A stretch of DNA of 64,000 bases. Origin: a virus. Every line of letters begins with the position of its first letter. The stretch's first letter is position 1. Positions 20,157-29,232 of this stretch are shown one piece after another. The translations under genes and the position numbers were made by a program. The stretch lies in IMG/VR virus record IMGVR_UViG_3300007723_000001, positions 8,278-72,277 of that record; one strand, given 5' to 3'. The notes beneath the pieces were generated by a model, which was not told the DNA's origin, searched no databases, and worked only from the letters and a program-made list of their open reading frames with translations.

Positions 20157-22259
20157 ATGAAACATTATACTACTAATTGTTCAGTACCAGCAGTGGCTAT
20201 CACATATGCAGGTGCTTTATCCTCTTATCAGCCAATCGTATTTACTAGTCAGTTAGGGTTTGAAGACACTGGTAATTTAAAAAGTCCAGATGGTTCAGTA
20301 ATTCAAAAAGCTGCAAGTAATGATTCTAATTTAAATCTACCTACTGATTCTTTTAAAGGTAGAAAATTACGTTGGGTAATTAATTACATGCAAATAAACC
20401 TTGTAAGAGACTGGCCAACTTCTATGGCTAATATAGTTCTAATTCCTAATGTTCCGGATAAAGAATGTCCTATACCACAACTTCCTTATTTAGGAAATAT
20501 AAGAGGAGGTAATAATCCTTATTTAATGTCTGATGATGAAATAAGAATATACATGGGATACTTATCTTCAGCAGTAGCTCCTATAACAAGAGATATGCTA
20601 GATGAACATCCTATAGATTTATGCCCTCAATATACAGAAGACTCTAGTGTAGGTTTTCAATGTACTCCTTATTTTCATACACCTCCAGGATTTAAACAAA
20701 CTCCTTCCAAACCTTTATGTCCAGTGTTCTGGGGATTTATAGATAATATAAACTTTCAAGCTGACGAGAGTTCCGGTTATAAATTAGTAATTCAATGTAG
20801 AGATAGAACTAGAGTATTTGCTGACACAAAAATAATAGCAGTGCCATCTCTTCAAGGTAGATTAGTAGATACCTCTGATAATAGTTGGTTTGGATCAAAA
20901 GATAAATCAGGATTAGCTTCAGGAAGAAGAGAAGATATTTTAATTCAAGTAGCTAGAGCTTCTGTAGGTTCTCTTTTTGAGGGTTCTAATACAAGTAGGG
21001 TACAAAATAAAAGACCTCCTTGGAAACCTATAATAGGTGGAGGTAATATTGAAGACAATCTGTACTCACCAACTTGGAGTAATGAAAAGCTATCTCCTAG
21101 GGCTTTAGGTGTACAGCTATTTACAGCATATGAAGGAGATGGATTAAGTCACCTAGTAAAAAATAGTCCTTTAGAAGATATGGCAACTTGGGTGAGAGAA
21201 GCTACACATAAAGTCATGTTACCCCATAGTGAACCTAGATTTCATATGTGGATTATGAGACCGCCTTTAACCAAAGCTAGTGGACAAGCGGTATTCCAAG
21301 TATTGGGCAAATCCCCCATGGAAATAGTTCAATTCTTAGCAACTACTGAGGAGTTACCTACTGACTTCTTTTGCTCTCATGTAAACGGTGACTTTATGTT
21401 TGCACCTAGGATATTAGATATAAGTGGATTCTACGATCCTAATAGATTTTATAGAACTTACTTTTTTAAAGATTATCCTGGTGATGATAAACCTGCACCA
21501 AATCAAGTGATAAAGAGTATGAGAGTAGTAACTTCTACCTTAGGAACTTTTAATAGATATGCTGTTTTAGATAGTGAAACAGAAGGGGCCTTCTCTGCTT
21601 TTATTGATAACTTAAGAGTTACACTCGATGTATTACCTTGGACACTTGATGGTACTAAAGGAAGTTACGGGGGTATTTTTGATGAAACAATGGGTAGAGC
21701 TGTTTATCCTCCTTCTAGAAATCAGATTGCTTATGACGGAAATTTAAGTAGTTATGGGCCTAAAGACTTTCAAAGGATAGGTGGTGCTTTAATTGTAGCT
21801 ATCAGTTTAGCTAGACAATGGTCTAGAGAATTACATGGTATACAATTAACAATTATTGGAGATCCCACCTTCTTTCCATCCGAAGGGATAAGAGTTTATA
21901 ATACAGTACTACATGATTTTGGTACTAGCGTTAACCCTGGAACTCCAGAAAGTTCAAGTCTTTTCAATGAAACTATGAACAGTCTTGAAAATCTTAAGGA
22001 GGATTCCCAAAGTATATCTGAATTAACTGGCACCTATTCTCCCCAAGAACAAGATAAGGCTATGAAATCTTTTGGTACACAAGAAGCAGCTAAAACAACT
22101 GAGTATGCAAATCAAGCTTTAAGGAGTCATACTGTAGAAACTAACAAATCTAACATGGTGTTACCTACTTATAAAGTAGTAGCAGTTAGACATACCTTCC
22201 AATCTAGGGGTAGGGATCCTGGATTTACAACAACCTTAGAAGCAAATAGTGATTATTAA
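20157..22259 (+). CDS. Baseplate hub protein (gpD/gp27-like)
   Basis: VFWGFIDNI, LVIQCRD, LTIIGDPTFFP, YKVVAVRHTF...GFTTTLE; immediately upstream of the spike. Confidence 0.7.
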   Translation: MKHYTTNCSVPAVAITYAGALSSYQPIVFTSQLGFEDTGNLKSPDGSVIQKAASNDSNLNLPTDSFKGRKLRWVINYMQINLVRDWPTSMANIVLIPNVPDKECPIPQLPYLGNIRGGNNPYLMSDDEIRIYMGYLSSAVAPITRDMLDEHPIDLCPQYTEDSSVGFQCTPYFHTPPGFKQTPSKPLCPVFWGFIDNINFQADESSGYKLVIQCRDRTRVFADTKIIAVPSLQGRLVDTSDNSWFGSKDKSGLASGRREDILIQVARASVGSLFEGSNTSRVQNKRPPWKPIIGGGNIEDNLYSPTWSNEKLSPRALGVQLFTAYEGDGLSHLVKNSPLEDMATWVREATHKVMLPHSEPRFHMWIMRPPLTKASGQAVFQVLGKSPMEIVQFLATTEELPTDFFCSHVNGDFMFAPRILDISGFYDPNRFYRTYFFKDYPGDDKPAPNQVIKSMRVVTSTLGTFNRYAVLDSETEGAFSAFIDNLRVTLDVLPWTLDGTKGSYGGIFDETMGRAVYPPSRNQIAYDGNLSSYGPKDFQRIGGALIVAISLARQWSRELHGIQLTIIGDPTFFPSEGIRVYNTVLHDFGTSVNPGTPESSSLFNETMNSLENLKEDSQSISELTGTYSPQEQDKAMKSFGTQEAAKTTEYANQALRSHTVETNKSNMVLPTYKVVAVRHTFQSRGRDPGFTTTLEANSDY

Positions 22260-22276
22260 GAATATAAAGAAAGAAT

Positions 22277-25111
22277 ATGTTAAATGACAATAGTCCTAGA
22301 AAAGGTATACATGCTAGTAATTATAAGAAAGCAAATTATGCAGTACACAGTAACTTTCTAATAAATGAAGGGGTCATAGTAAAAACATTTGGACAAGAAG
22401 CTCATGATCATCTAACTACTACCTACCAGGTTCGATTGGTAGATACAGGTCATATCATCTCTTGTAGGTCTTTATCACCTTATGCAAGCTTTGATGGTTG
22501 TGGGGTAATATATCCTTTAGAAGAAGGAGATCCAGTTCTAATAGCCTATAAAGATGGGCTCATGCAGAATGGTATAATATTAGGCTGTCCTTATCATGAA
22601 GGAGATTATGAGAAGTTTTGTGTAAGAGGTCAAGGACTTAAACCTTTAGAAGTTGATGAAGAGGGATTACAGCCTAGAGAGGCAAATCAACCTTCTATAC
22701 ATCCTAATAGAATAGCCCAGCCAGATAGTTATTTCTTTACTATGGGAGGTAAAGACCATATAGAACCTTTTCATGATCCAGCTATTGCTCCTATAGATGT
22801 AAAGGAAAGGTCTCGTAAAAGATCTCAACCCTCTTCTATAGAATTTAAAAATAGATTAGGCGATTGTGTTCAATGGTCTAGTGGAGATCAAATATTAGTA
22901 TCTAATAGTGATGTAATAATTCTGGCAAATTCGGGTGGTAGAGATAAATGTAGGAGGTATCAGGAGTTAGAAGAATACTATACTATGATGGCGGATGAAT
23001 TGGAAAAGTATGTGGGAAAGTCTTCCAATACTGATCCTCTAAGTCGTGAGAATTCTATTAACGAAGAAACACTACAAAATGCAATAAAAGGTATAACGGG
23101 AGGTATTAAAGATATAACTGATGGTACCACTTTAATTGATGATACTAATCGGACAAACACTCTTCTACAAAATAGTTTTAATCAAAATGTTCCCACGGCA
23201 TTTAGAGATTTCAATGAAGCATTCAGAACTTCATTAGAAAGAATATCAACTCCTGACGAGTTTATAGAAAGAGAGGTTATTAGATCAGGTGATACAGTAG
23301 CAAGTAAAAGATTATTACCTTATGTAGAGGGAGAACAAAATATAGATTCACTTCAATGGGCTCCCTTAATCGAATACCATATACCTCAATTGAGAAAACT
23401 AGCGGAGAGTTCAGGACAATTAGCTAAAGTCTGTTTGGAACAAGCTGCTCAGTTAAGGAATATTGTTGAGATGAGTAGTAACGCTATGAATAGTAGTAAC
23501 AATACTCAATGTACTATTAATAGTGATGAAAGCATAATAGATAAAGCAAAAGCTTTGTCAGGACAAGAACCCTGTAAAAAGGGAGATATCATACATTTTA
23601 GTTTCAGCAAATGGAAAGCTAATGAATCTAATTTAGTAAGAGTAGATGGACAGCTGGTACAACCAGCTCTTAAAGAAGCTTATCTAAAGATGAAAGAAGC
23701 TGCCCGTAAAGATAACATAGAAATGAGAATAGTCTCTGGCTATAGAGGCTCTAATTATAACAATAGAACTTGTGACTCTTTATCAGAAGAAAGGTTAAAA
23801 GAGGTGGCACCTGCTACACATTCAGAACATATAACTGGGTATGCCGTTGATATATTAGGTACTGGTACAGTTACTGGTTCTATTGTTCCAGATTATTCAG
23901 GCACTCCGAATGAATTAAAAGGAGTTTGGAAATGGATGCATAACAATGTTACTAAATATGGTTTTGAAATCTCATTTGGACATAACAATAAACAGGGTGT
24001 AGCGTATGAGCCTTGGCATATTAGATATATAGGTAAAGATCTACCAACTGAGTTAGCTACTATGTTTGCTCTAACTAGAAAGGGTAACAGCACGAACTCA
24101 GAAGAAGCAATATTAAGTGACTGCAAAGAGCCTAGTAATTCAGTTCAACAGGTATCTGATATAGGAAGCCTATCAAGAGGGGATTTAGATTTAGATCAAA
24201 TAGTTAATGAATTAAAAATCCACAGCATTGCGGTAGTAATAACAGCTAAAGGATCTAAAGATTCAAAGATATTAGTCAGTAGTAAAGGAAAAGAACCACC
24301 TACTAGTGCTGCATCTGTAATTAAGTTAGCAATAGCAAGTACAGTCATAAACGAGTTAATAATTGATGAACTTAATAAAGGTGTATTAGATCCAGCCTCT
24401 AATTTATTGAGAGTAGTTAGAGGAGTAGTGGGATATAGAGAGAACTTTTCAGTTGGTAGTTCTTTAACCATATCTAAACTTTGTCAGATGATGCTTGAAG
24501 AAAGTAGTAATACTGCTACCAATGTATTAGTTCATTATTTAGGTGGCCCTGGTAATTCAGGTATTAATCCTAAAATAAAAAGTATTGGATATAATTGTAC
24601 TAAATTTAACAGATATCTAAATTTACCAGGTTATTATGATGGTTCATTACAGAGCTTTCCTAGTTATAAACCAAACTGTAATGATAGTTCTTTCAATATA
24701 TCTAGTGCTTACGATTCAGCTATAGCTATGTCTAGATTGGTATCTTCTCCTAAATTCAATAAAGAGTTAAATCAAAGTATGTCTTCTAAATTACAATCAT
24801 TTGTAACTAATTCAGTATTAACTCCCCTAACTCAAAGTCCTAGACCTTGGGGGAACACTAATTTAGCAGGTTATAAAACTTTGTATTCCAAATGGGGTTT
24901 TAATAGTCGTGCTAGTAATAATTCGGCTGTGTTTGACATACACAATAATTATTGTACTATTACTGTCTTTGATGATTCAGCAAAATCAGAAGGTAGGACT
25001 AATGCTGTATCAGGTTCGGTGCTAGGTGGTAACGCCTGGATTAAAGTTAATAAAGCTACTGAAATGGTGGTATCAGGATTAGACAAATTATTAGGATCTA
25101 ATAACCAATAA
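22277..25111 (+). CDS. Baseplate spike (gp5/gpV OB-fold) fused to an M15 (VanY-like) peptidase and a serine beta-lactamase/PBP-fold domain
   Basis: YPLEEGDPVLIAYKDG...IILG (OB); SGYRG, SEHITGYAVD, EPWHIRY (M15); ASVIK, SSN, KWG (SxxK, SxN, KTG-like). Confidence 0.8.
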   Translation: MLNDNSPRKGIHASNYKKANYAVHSNFLINEGVIVKTFGQEAHDHLTTTYQVRLVDTGHIISCRSLSPYASFDGCGVIYPLEEGDPVLIAYKDGLMQNGIILGCPYHEGDYEKFCVRGQGLKPLEVDEEGLQPREANQPSIHPNRIAQPDSYFFTMGGKDHIEPFHDPAIAPIDVKERSRKRSQPSSIEFKNRLGDCVQWSSGDQILVSNSDVIILANSGGRDKCRRYQELEEYYTMMADELEKYVGKSSNTDPLSRENSINEETLQNAIKGITGGIKDITDGTTLIDDTNRTNTLLQNSFNQNVPTAFRDFNEAFRTSLERISTPDEFIEREVIRSGDTVASKRLLPYVEGEQNIDSLQWAPLIEYHIPQLRKLAESSGQLAKVCLEQAAQLRNIVEMSSNAMNSSNNTQCTINSDESIIDKAKALSGQEPCKKGDIIHFSFSKWKANESNLVRVDGQLVQPALKEAYLKMKEAARKDNIEMRIVSGYRGSNYNNRTCDSLSEERLKEVAPATHSEHITGYAVDILGTGTVTGSIVPDYSGTPNELKGVWKWMHNNVTKYGFEISFGHNNKQGVAYEPWHIRYIGKDLPTELATMFALTRKGNSTNSEEAILSDCKEPSNSVQQVSDIGSLSRGDLDLDQIVNELKIHSIAVVITAKGSKDSKILVSSKGKEPPTSAASVIKLAIASTVINELIIDELNKGVLDPASNLLRVVRGVVGYRENFSVGSSLTISKLCQMMLEESSNTATNVLVHYLGGPGNSGINPKIKSIGYNCTKFNRYLNLPGYYDGSLQSFPSYKPNCNDSSFNISSAYDSAIAMSRLVSSPKFNKELNQSMSSKLQSFVTNSVLTPLTQSPRPWGNTNLAGYKTLYSKWGFNSRASNNSAVFDIHNNYCTITVFDDSAKSEGRTNAVSGSVLGGNAWIKVNKATEMVVSGLDKLLGSNNQ

Positions 25112-25136
25112 ATCAATATATATAATAGTATGAAAT

Positions 25137-25610
25137 ATGAAGTATGAACCTCTATTAGTCATTCATGAATCTATTACAGAGTATGAACAATTATTGGACC
25201 ATATAAAAGATCCTTACAGTACTGGAGGGTATCATTGTTTCATTCGTATTGATGGGCACATTATTTATATGGCTCCATCTAATAGAACTATACGCGCTTC
25301 TTATCCCTCTTCTTTCAATAAAGAATCTATAAATAATAGTGTAGATCCTTTCTCTTATCATGTATGTCTAGAGACGCCTTTAAATACCCCTTATACAAGT
25401 CTTAGTCATAGTGGGTATACGATTCATCAATATACTTCTTTAGGGTACATTTATACGCGATTAGATGTAAAACCCGATAGAGTAGTATTGCATAAAGATA
25501 TAGATTTGTCTGGAGAAGTTATGGATCCAAGAAGTTTTGACTTTAGAAAGTTTTGGGAATCATTACCTTTAGATAATAGAAATATAAAATTAATAGATCT
25601 GGGATTTTAG
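25137..25610 (+). CDS. N-acetylmuramoyl-L-alanine amidase (Amidase_2)
   Basis: LVIHES, YHCFIRIDGHI, SVDPFSYHVCLETP, HSGYT..QY.SL, HKDID...DPRSFD. Confidence 0.85.
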   Translation: MKYEPLLVIHESITEYEQLLDHIKDPYSTGGYHCFIRIDGHIIYMAPSNRTIRASYPSSFNKESINNSVDPFSYHVCLETPLNTPYTSLSHSGYTIHQYTSLGYIYTRLDVKPDRVVLHKDIDLSGEVMDPRSFDFRKFWESLPLDNRNIKLIDLGF

Positions 25611-25627
25611 TATTTATGAATTAAGTT

Positions 25628-26926
25628 ATGAGTTATAGAGATAATATAGAAAGATATAGAAGGTTAGCTTCTAATCCTAGAGTAAGGGCGATGTTAGATA
25701 CTATAGCTCACTGGGAAACCTCTAATTATAGAGGTAATCCTAGTATGCAATATAGAACGATATTTGGTGGCTCTACTGTTTCTGATTTGAGTAGACATCC
25801 TAGTAATAGACCAGCAGGTAGATATCAAATACAAAGAACTACTTATAATGATGCGGTAAGAGAGCTAGGGATATCTGACTTCCAACCAGAAACACAGGAT
25901 TTAATAGCTATATGGTTAATGGATTGTAGAGGTTCTTTAGACCATTTGTTGAATGGAGACTTAAGGTCAGCCATTCTAGGTAATGGTAAAGCAACCCCTT
26001 GTGGTAAATCAGGTCTAGGTTGGGAATGGGCAGTTTTGCCAGGAAATAACTACGGTCAGACTAGTGAGACTCTAAGTAGTGTTAGAAAGGTATATGAATC
26101 TTATTTAGGTTCAGGTAGTTCATCCCCTATTAATGAAAATAATACAACTTCAGAAGCCGATTCAAATAATAATAATAATGATTCATCTATTAATCAAATA
26201 TCTACTTCTAATCAAGTAAGTTTAGAAACTAATTTGTTAGGTCAAATGGCTAGTGGTGTTAAAGTGTTAGGATTTAGCTTCGATCCTGATAAATGTAATT
26301 GGAGAAAGGATACAAACTCCAATATTAGAAAGATAAAAGTTTATCCTAATTGCAAGATTAGTATAGTATCTGGAGGTAATGTAGCTACTTCTATAGCAGC
26401 TGTTTCTAGTGGTAATGCTATATTAAGTAATTCTACTAATAATAAATCCTCTTCACCTACTATAGGTAATCCTTCTGCAACAGGTGGTAAATTGAATTTC
26501 ATCTGTCCTGTGCAGTCTCCAAGAATGTCCTTGACTGGTAGATTTGGAGATCCTAGAAGCGGCGGTAAAAGAAGACATAAAGGCATAGATCTTTCAACTG
26601 TAGGAGGTTCAGGTAAGGGCTCTCCTTTACTAGCTCCCAAAGACGGTAAAGTAATTCGTAGAGATTATCAAGAATGCGGGGCAGGACATTGGATAAGAAT
26701 AGATCATGGAGAAGGGGTCCAAACTGTATTTATGCATATTCATGCTGGAACTCTAACTGTAGATGAAGGTCAAACAGTTAGACAAGGACAAATCTTAGGC
26801 TATGAAGGAGCAAGTGGTTTAACGTGTTGGGAGGGTGGAGGTACTCACCTTCATTTTGAAATATATATAAATGGTAGTGCAGTCAATCCTTTACCTTATG
26901 TTTGCAAACAATGTAAAGTCTGTTAG
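25628..26926 (+). CDS. Lambda-type lysozyme (lytic transglycosylase) + M23 peptidase
   Basis: AMLDTIAHWET, AGRYQ, QDLIA, EWAVLPG; HKGID and HLHFE. Confidence 0.88.
   Translation: MSYRDNIERYRRLASNPRVRAMLDTIAHWETSNYRGNPSMQYRTIFGGSTVSDLSRHPSNRPAGRYQIQRTTYNDAVRELGISDFQPETQDLIAIWLMDCRGSLDHLLNGDLRSAILGNGKATPCGKSGLGWEWAVLPGNNYGQTSETLSSVRKVYESYLGSGSSSPINENNTTSEADSNNNNNDSSINQISTSNQVSLETNLLGQMASGVKVLGFSFDPDKCNWRKDTNSNIRKIKVYPNCKISIVSGGNVATSIAAVSSGNAILSNSTNNKSSSPTIGNPSATGGKLNFICPVQSPRMSLTGRFGDPRSGGKRRHKGIDLSTVGGSGKGSPLLAPKDGKVIRRDYQECGAGHWIRIDHGEGVQTVFMHIHAGTLTVDEGQTVRQGQILGYEGASGLTCWEGGGTHLHFEIYINGSAVNPLPYVCKQCKVC
26282..26352 (+). repeat. 71-bp direct repeat, copy 1 (copy 2 at 27682-27752)
   Basis: GATCCTGATAAATGTAATTGGAGAAAGGATAC(A/G)AACTC(C/T)AATATTAGAAAGATAAAAGTTTATCCTAATTG; two synonymous differences. 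Confidence 0.95.
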
Positions 26927-26943
26927 TTAAATGTATAAATTAA

Positions 26944-28368
26944 ATGAGTATTACTAATGTAGAAGAATTATTTAGAACAAGAGAATCAATAGGGGCATTA
27001 GTTATTGGACACGCAGAAGGTAATATTGATATAAATGGAAATCCTACAGAAGCTTATTATGGTCATGAGGATCCAGGAAATAAGAAAATGAATTGGGGTT
27101 GGTGTAGTGACCAAGGTAAAGGAGGTGGAACTGTAGAAGGAGCAGATAAATTCTGTTTTGAATATACTATGCGTTACTTAGGTAAATCTAGAGAAACCAT
27201 GAGAGAAAATGGTTTCGATTTAATTAGAGACTTTGAGTTATTAATTAATACTATCGATTTAAGAAACCAAGCTGCTCCTGCTCATTATGTCAGATGGTTA
27301 GCTGAATATAGATGGTTGAAAGAAAATACTACCGGTATGAGTCAACATGAATTGATTGCAGCAGCAAGAGCTAATTCTTTCGTTATTAATGGTAGAAATA
27401 CAGCAACTGGTCTTCACAAATTTTGTACTGGGCCTTCAGACGGTAAAGGTCATAAAGGTAATAGATATAACATAACTTATTGGGGATGTGTTTATAGAGA
27501 TCAACTTAGGAGGTCAGAGGCTATTAACAGAATGCTAACTAAACATAAAGATAAATTAAGTGGCATGGTTTTGGATTCAACTAGTAGTACTGTTAATAAC
27601 AATAGTAGTTCTGTTGCTAGTGAGGCACAGAATCAACTAGGTTTAATGTCAGCTGGGGTCAAAATAGGAAACTTTAGTTTTGATCCTGATAAATGTAATT
27701 GGAGAAAGGATACGAACTCTAATATTAGAAAGATAAAAGTTTATCCTAATTGTTCTATATCCTTAGTAAACTCTTCTAATCTTAGTAGCTCTTCAAGCGT
27801 ATTATCTTCAGGTAATTCTATACTAAATAGCAATTCATCAAATAATGGAGAATCCAATATTCAACTAGAGAGCGTGGATATGAGCAATTTACCAAATGCT
27901 AAAAATAAAACTATATCAACTCCTATAGGTTATACCGATCCTATGCCTTGGCCCACTACTGTTCTAACTAGTAGGTTCAATCCTAGAAGAAATGGTAGAT
28001 GGCATCCGGGTACAGATCTATCAGGTGGCGGGGCGGGTAAAGACATAGTAGCTTCTAAGGATGGGATAGTAGTAACTTCTCTTACTTCTGGTCATAACGG
28101 TGGATTCGGTCTATATGTTACTGTATTACATCCTGACTCTTTATATACTGGTTACCATCATCTTCATCCAAGTACAATAGTAGTTAAAAAAGGACAAAGA
28201 GTTAAACAAGGTGAAAAATTAGGTGGTATGGGTACTACTGGATTTAGTACAGGACCTCATCTACATTTTGAATTAAGAACTACAATAAGTCCTAATGATC
28301 GATCTGCTCCAGCCAATACTCACTACAATCCTGAGAAGTACGTTAAAGCTAAATGGAGTAAAGCTTAA
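26944..28368 (+). CDS. Putative lysozyme-like N-terminal domain + M23 peptidase
   Basis: HPGTD and GPHLHFE (M23); N-domain IGHAEG...YYGHEDPGN...DLRNQA of uncertain activity. Confidence 0.8.
   Translation: MSITNVEELFRTRESIGALVIGHAEGNIDINGNPTEAYYGHEDPGNKKMNWGWCSDQGKGGGTVEGADKFCFEYTMRYLGKSRETMRENGFDLIRDFELLINTIDLRNQAAPAHYVRWLAEYRWLKENTTGMSQHELIAAARANSFVINGRNTATGLHKFCTGPSDGKGHKGNRYNITYWGCVYRDQLRRSEAINRMLTKHKDKLSGMVLDSTSSTVNNNSSSVASEAQNQLGLMSAGVKIGNFSFDPDKCNWRKDTNSNIRKIKVYPNCSISLVNSSNLSSSSSVLSSGNSILNSNSSNNGESNIQLESVDMSNLPNAKNKTISTPIGYTDPMPWPTTVLTSRFNPRRNGRWHPGTDLSGGGAGKDIVASKDGIVVTSLTSGHNGGFGLYVTVLHPDSLYTGYHHLHPSTIVVKKGQRVKQGEKLGGMGTTGFSTGPHLHFELRTTISPNDRSAPANTHYNPEKYVKAKWSKA
27682..27752 (+). 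repeat. 71-bp direct repeat, copy 2
   Basis: 1400 bp from copy 1; encodes identical DPDKCNWRKDTNSNIRKIKVYPNC. Confidence 0.95.
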
Positions 28369-28766
28369 CTTTCTAATATAGAATCTAACCAATTAGAAAT
28401 ACTTCTTTTATCTTTACCTACTATAGTTTCATTTGTATTAGGATCGTTCAAAGCTTTGACTAATACTTCTAAAATAGTCTGTTGGTATATTGGATTGCTC
28501 CTCTCTATTAAATCTAATATATTACTTGAAAATAGTTCTATCATTTTATATCTCTTATTTATTAAAGAGCATATTATTATCTTATGGAAGTAAGACAGTT
28601 CTAGATAATCATAGACTATTTGAGTAAGTGAAGATTTAAAAGTATCACCTAATATTTTGTACTGCTCTAAAGTTATACTCCTGAAATCTATAGAATATAT
28701 GCTTTTGAGTTGGTATATGATAAATCTTAACCTCTTTGCTATATCCAATATATTAATAACGTCCAT
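28365..28766 (-). CDS. Hypothetical small helical protein
   Basis: 133 aa; its stop overlaps the stop of the convergent gene. Confidence 0.55.
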   Translation of the reverse strand: MDVINILDIAKRLRFIIYQLKSIYSIDFRSITLEQYKILGDTFKSSLTQIVYDYLELSYFHKIIICSLINKRYKMIELFSSNILDLIERSNPIYQQTILEVLVKALNDPNTNETIVGKDKRSISNWLDSILES

Positions 28767-28780
28767 ATCTATAAATATAT

Positions 28781-29209
28781 CTAGAATAAAAAATGATCAG
28801 GTAGAAATATATTTAGAGTCTTCTTTATAACTTCAATGTTAAATTCCTTGCCTCTATCACTAAGTGAATGTAGTTGTAGTCTAATTATTTCTTTGTTGTT
28901 AGTTGTACAAAATAATATAACTAATAATCTAACTAACTCTGGATTATTGGAATGTAGATAATAGCTTAACTCTACTATCAAATCTTGGTTAGTAAGAGTA
29001 CTTATTGAATTACAATTAATAATTGACTTAAGCAAAAGAAGTAGTTTCTCTTCCTTTACATTAGAATAAACTAACCATTCGTAAAATACTTCTTGTTCTA
29101 AAGAATTTGTCTTTATGTATGTAGAAATATAGTATATTAATTTATTTAATAAAGTTTTATTAGATATATCTATAATACTCAAAGTACCTAATAGTACTCT
29201 TAAGTTCAT
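28781..29209 (-). CDS. Hypothetical small helical protein
   Basis: 142 aa, Leu/Ile-rich; ELSYYLHSNNPELVR is HEAT-like. Confidence 0.55.
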   Translation of the reverse strand: MNLRVLLGTLSIIDISNKTLLNKLIYYISTYIKTNSLEQEVFYEWLVYSNVKEEKLLLLLKSIINCNSISTLTNQDLIVELSYYLHSNNPELVRLLVILFCTTNNKEIIRLQLHSLSDRGKEFNIEVIKKTLNIFLPDHFLF

Positions 29210-29232
29210 ACAAGTAAATATTAAAGTATTGT

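Noticed and set aside
24190-25111. True beta-lactamase resistance gene
   Set aside because: Fused to a spike, no signal peptide, KTG altered to KWG and no evident Glu166; a peptidoglycan role is more plausible.
26282-27752. Diversity-generating retroelement TR/VR pair
   Set aside because: Both copies are coding, the differences are synonymous and not adenine-specific, and no reverse transcriptase is in the window.
28365-29209. Holin or immunity pair for the hydrolase cluster
   Set aside because: No clear transmembrane or signal segments; they are the last genes of the opposite-strand baseplate operon.
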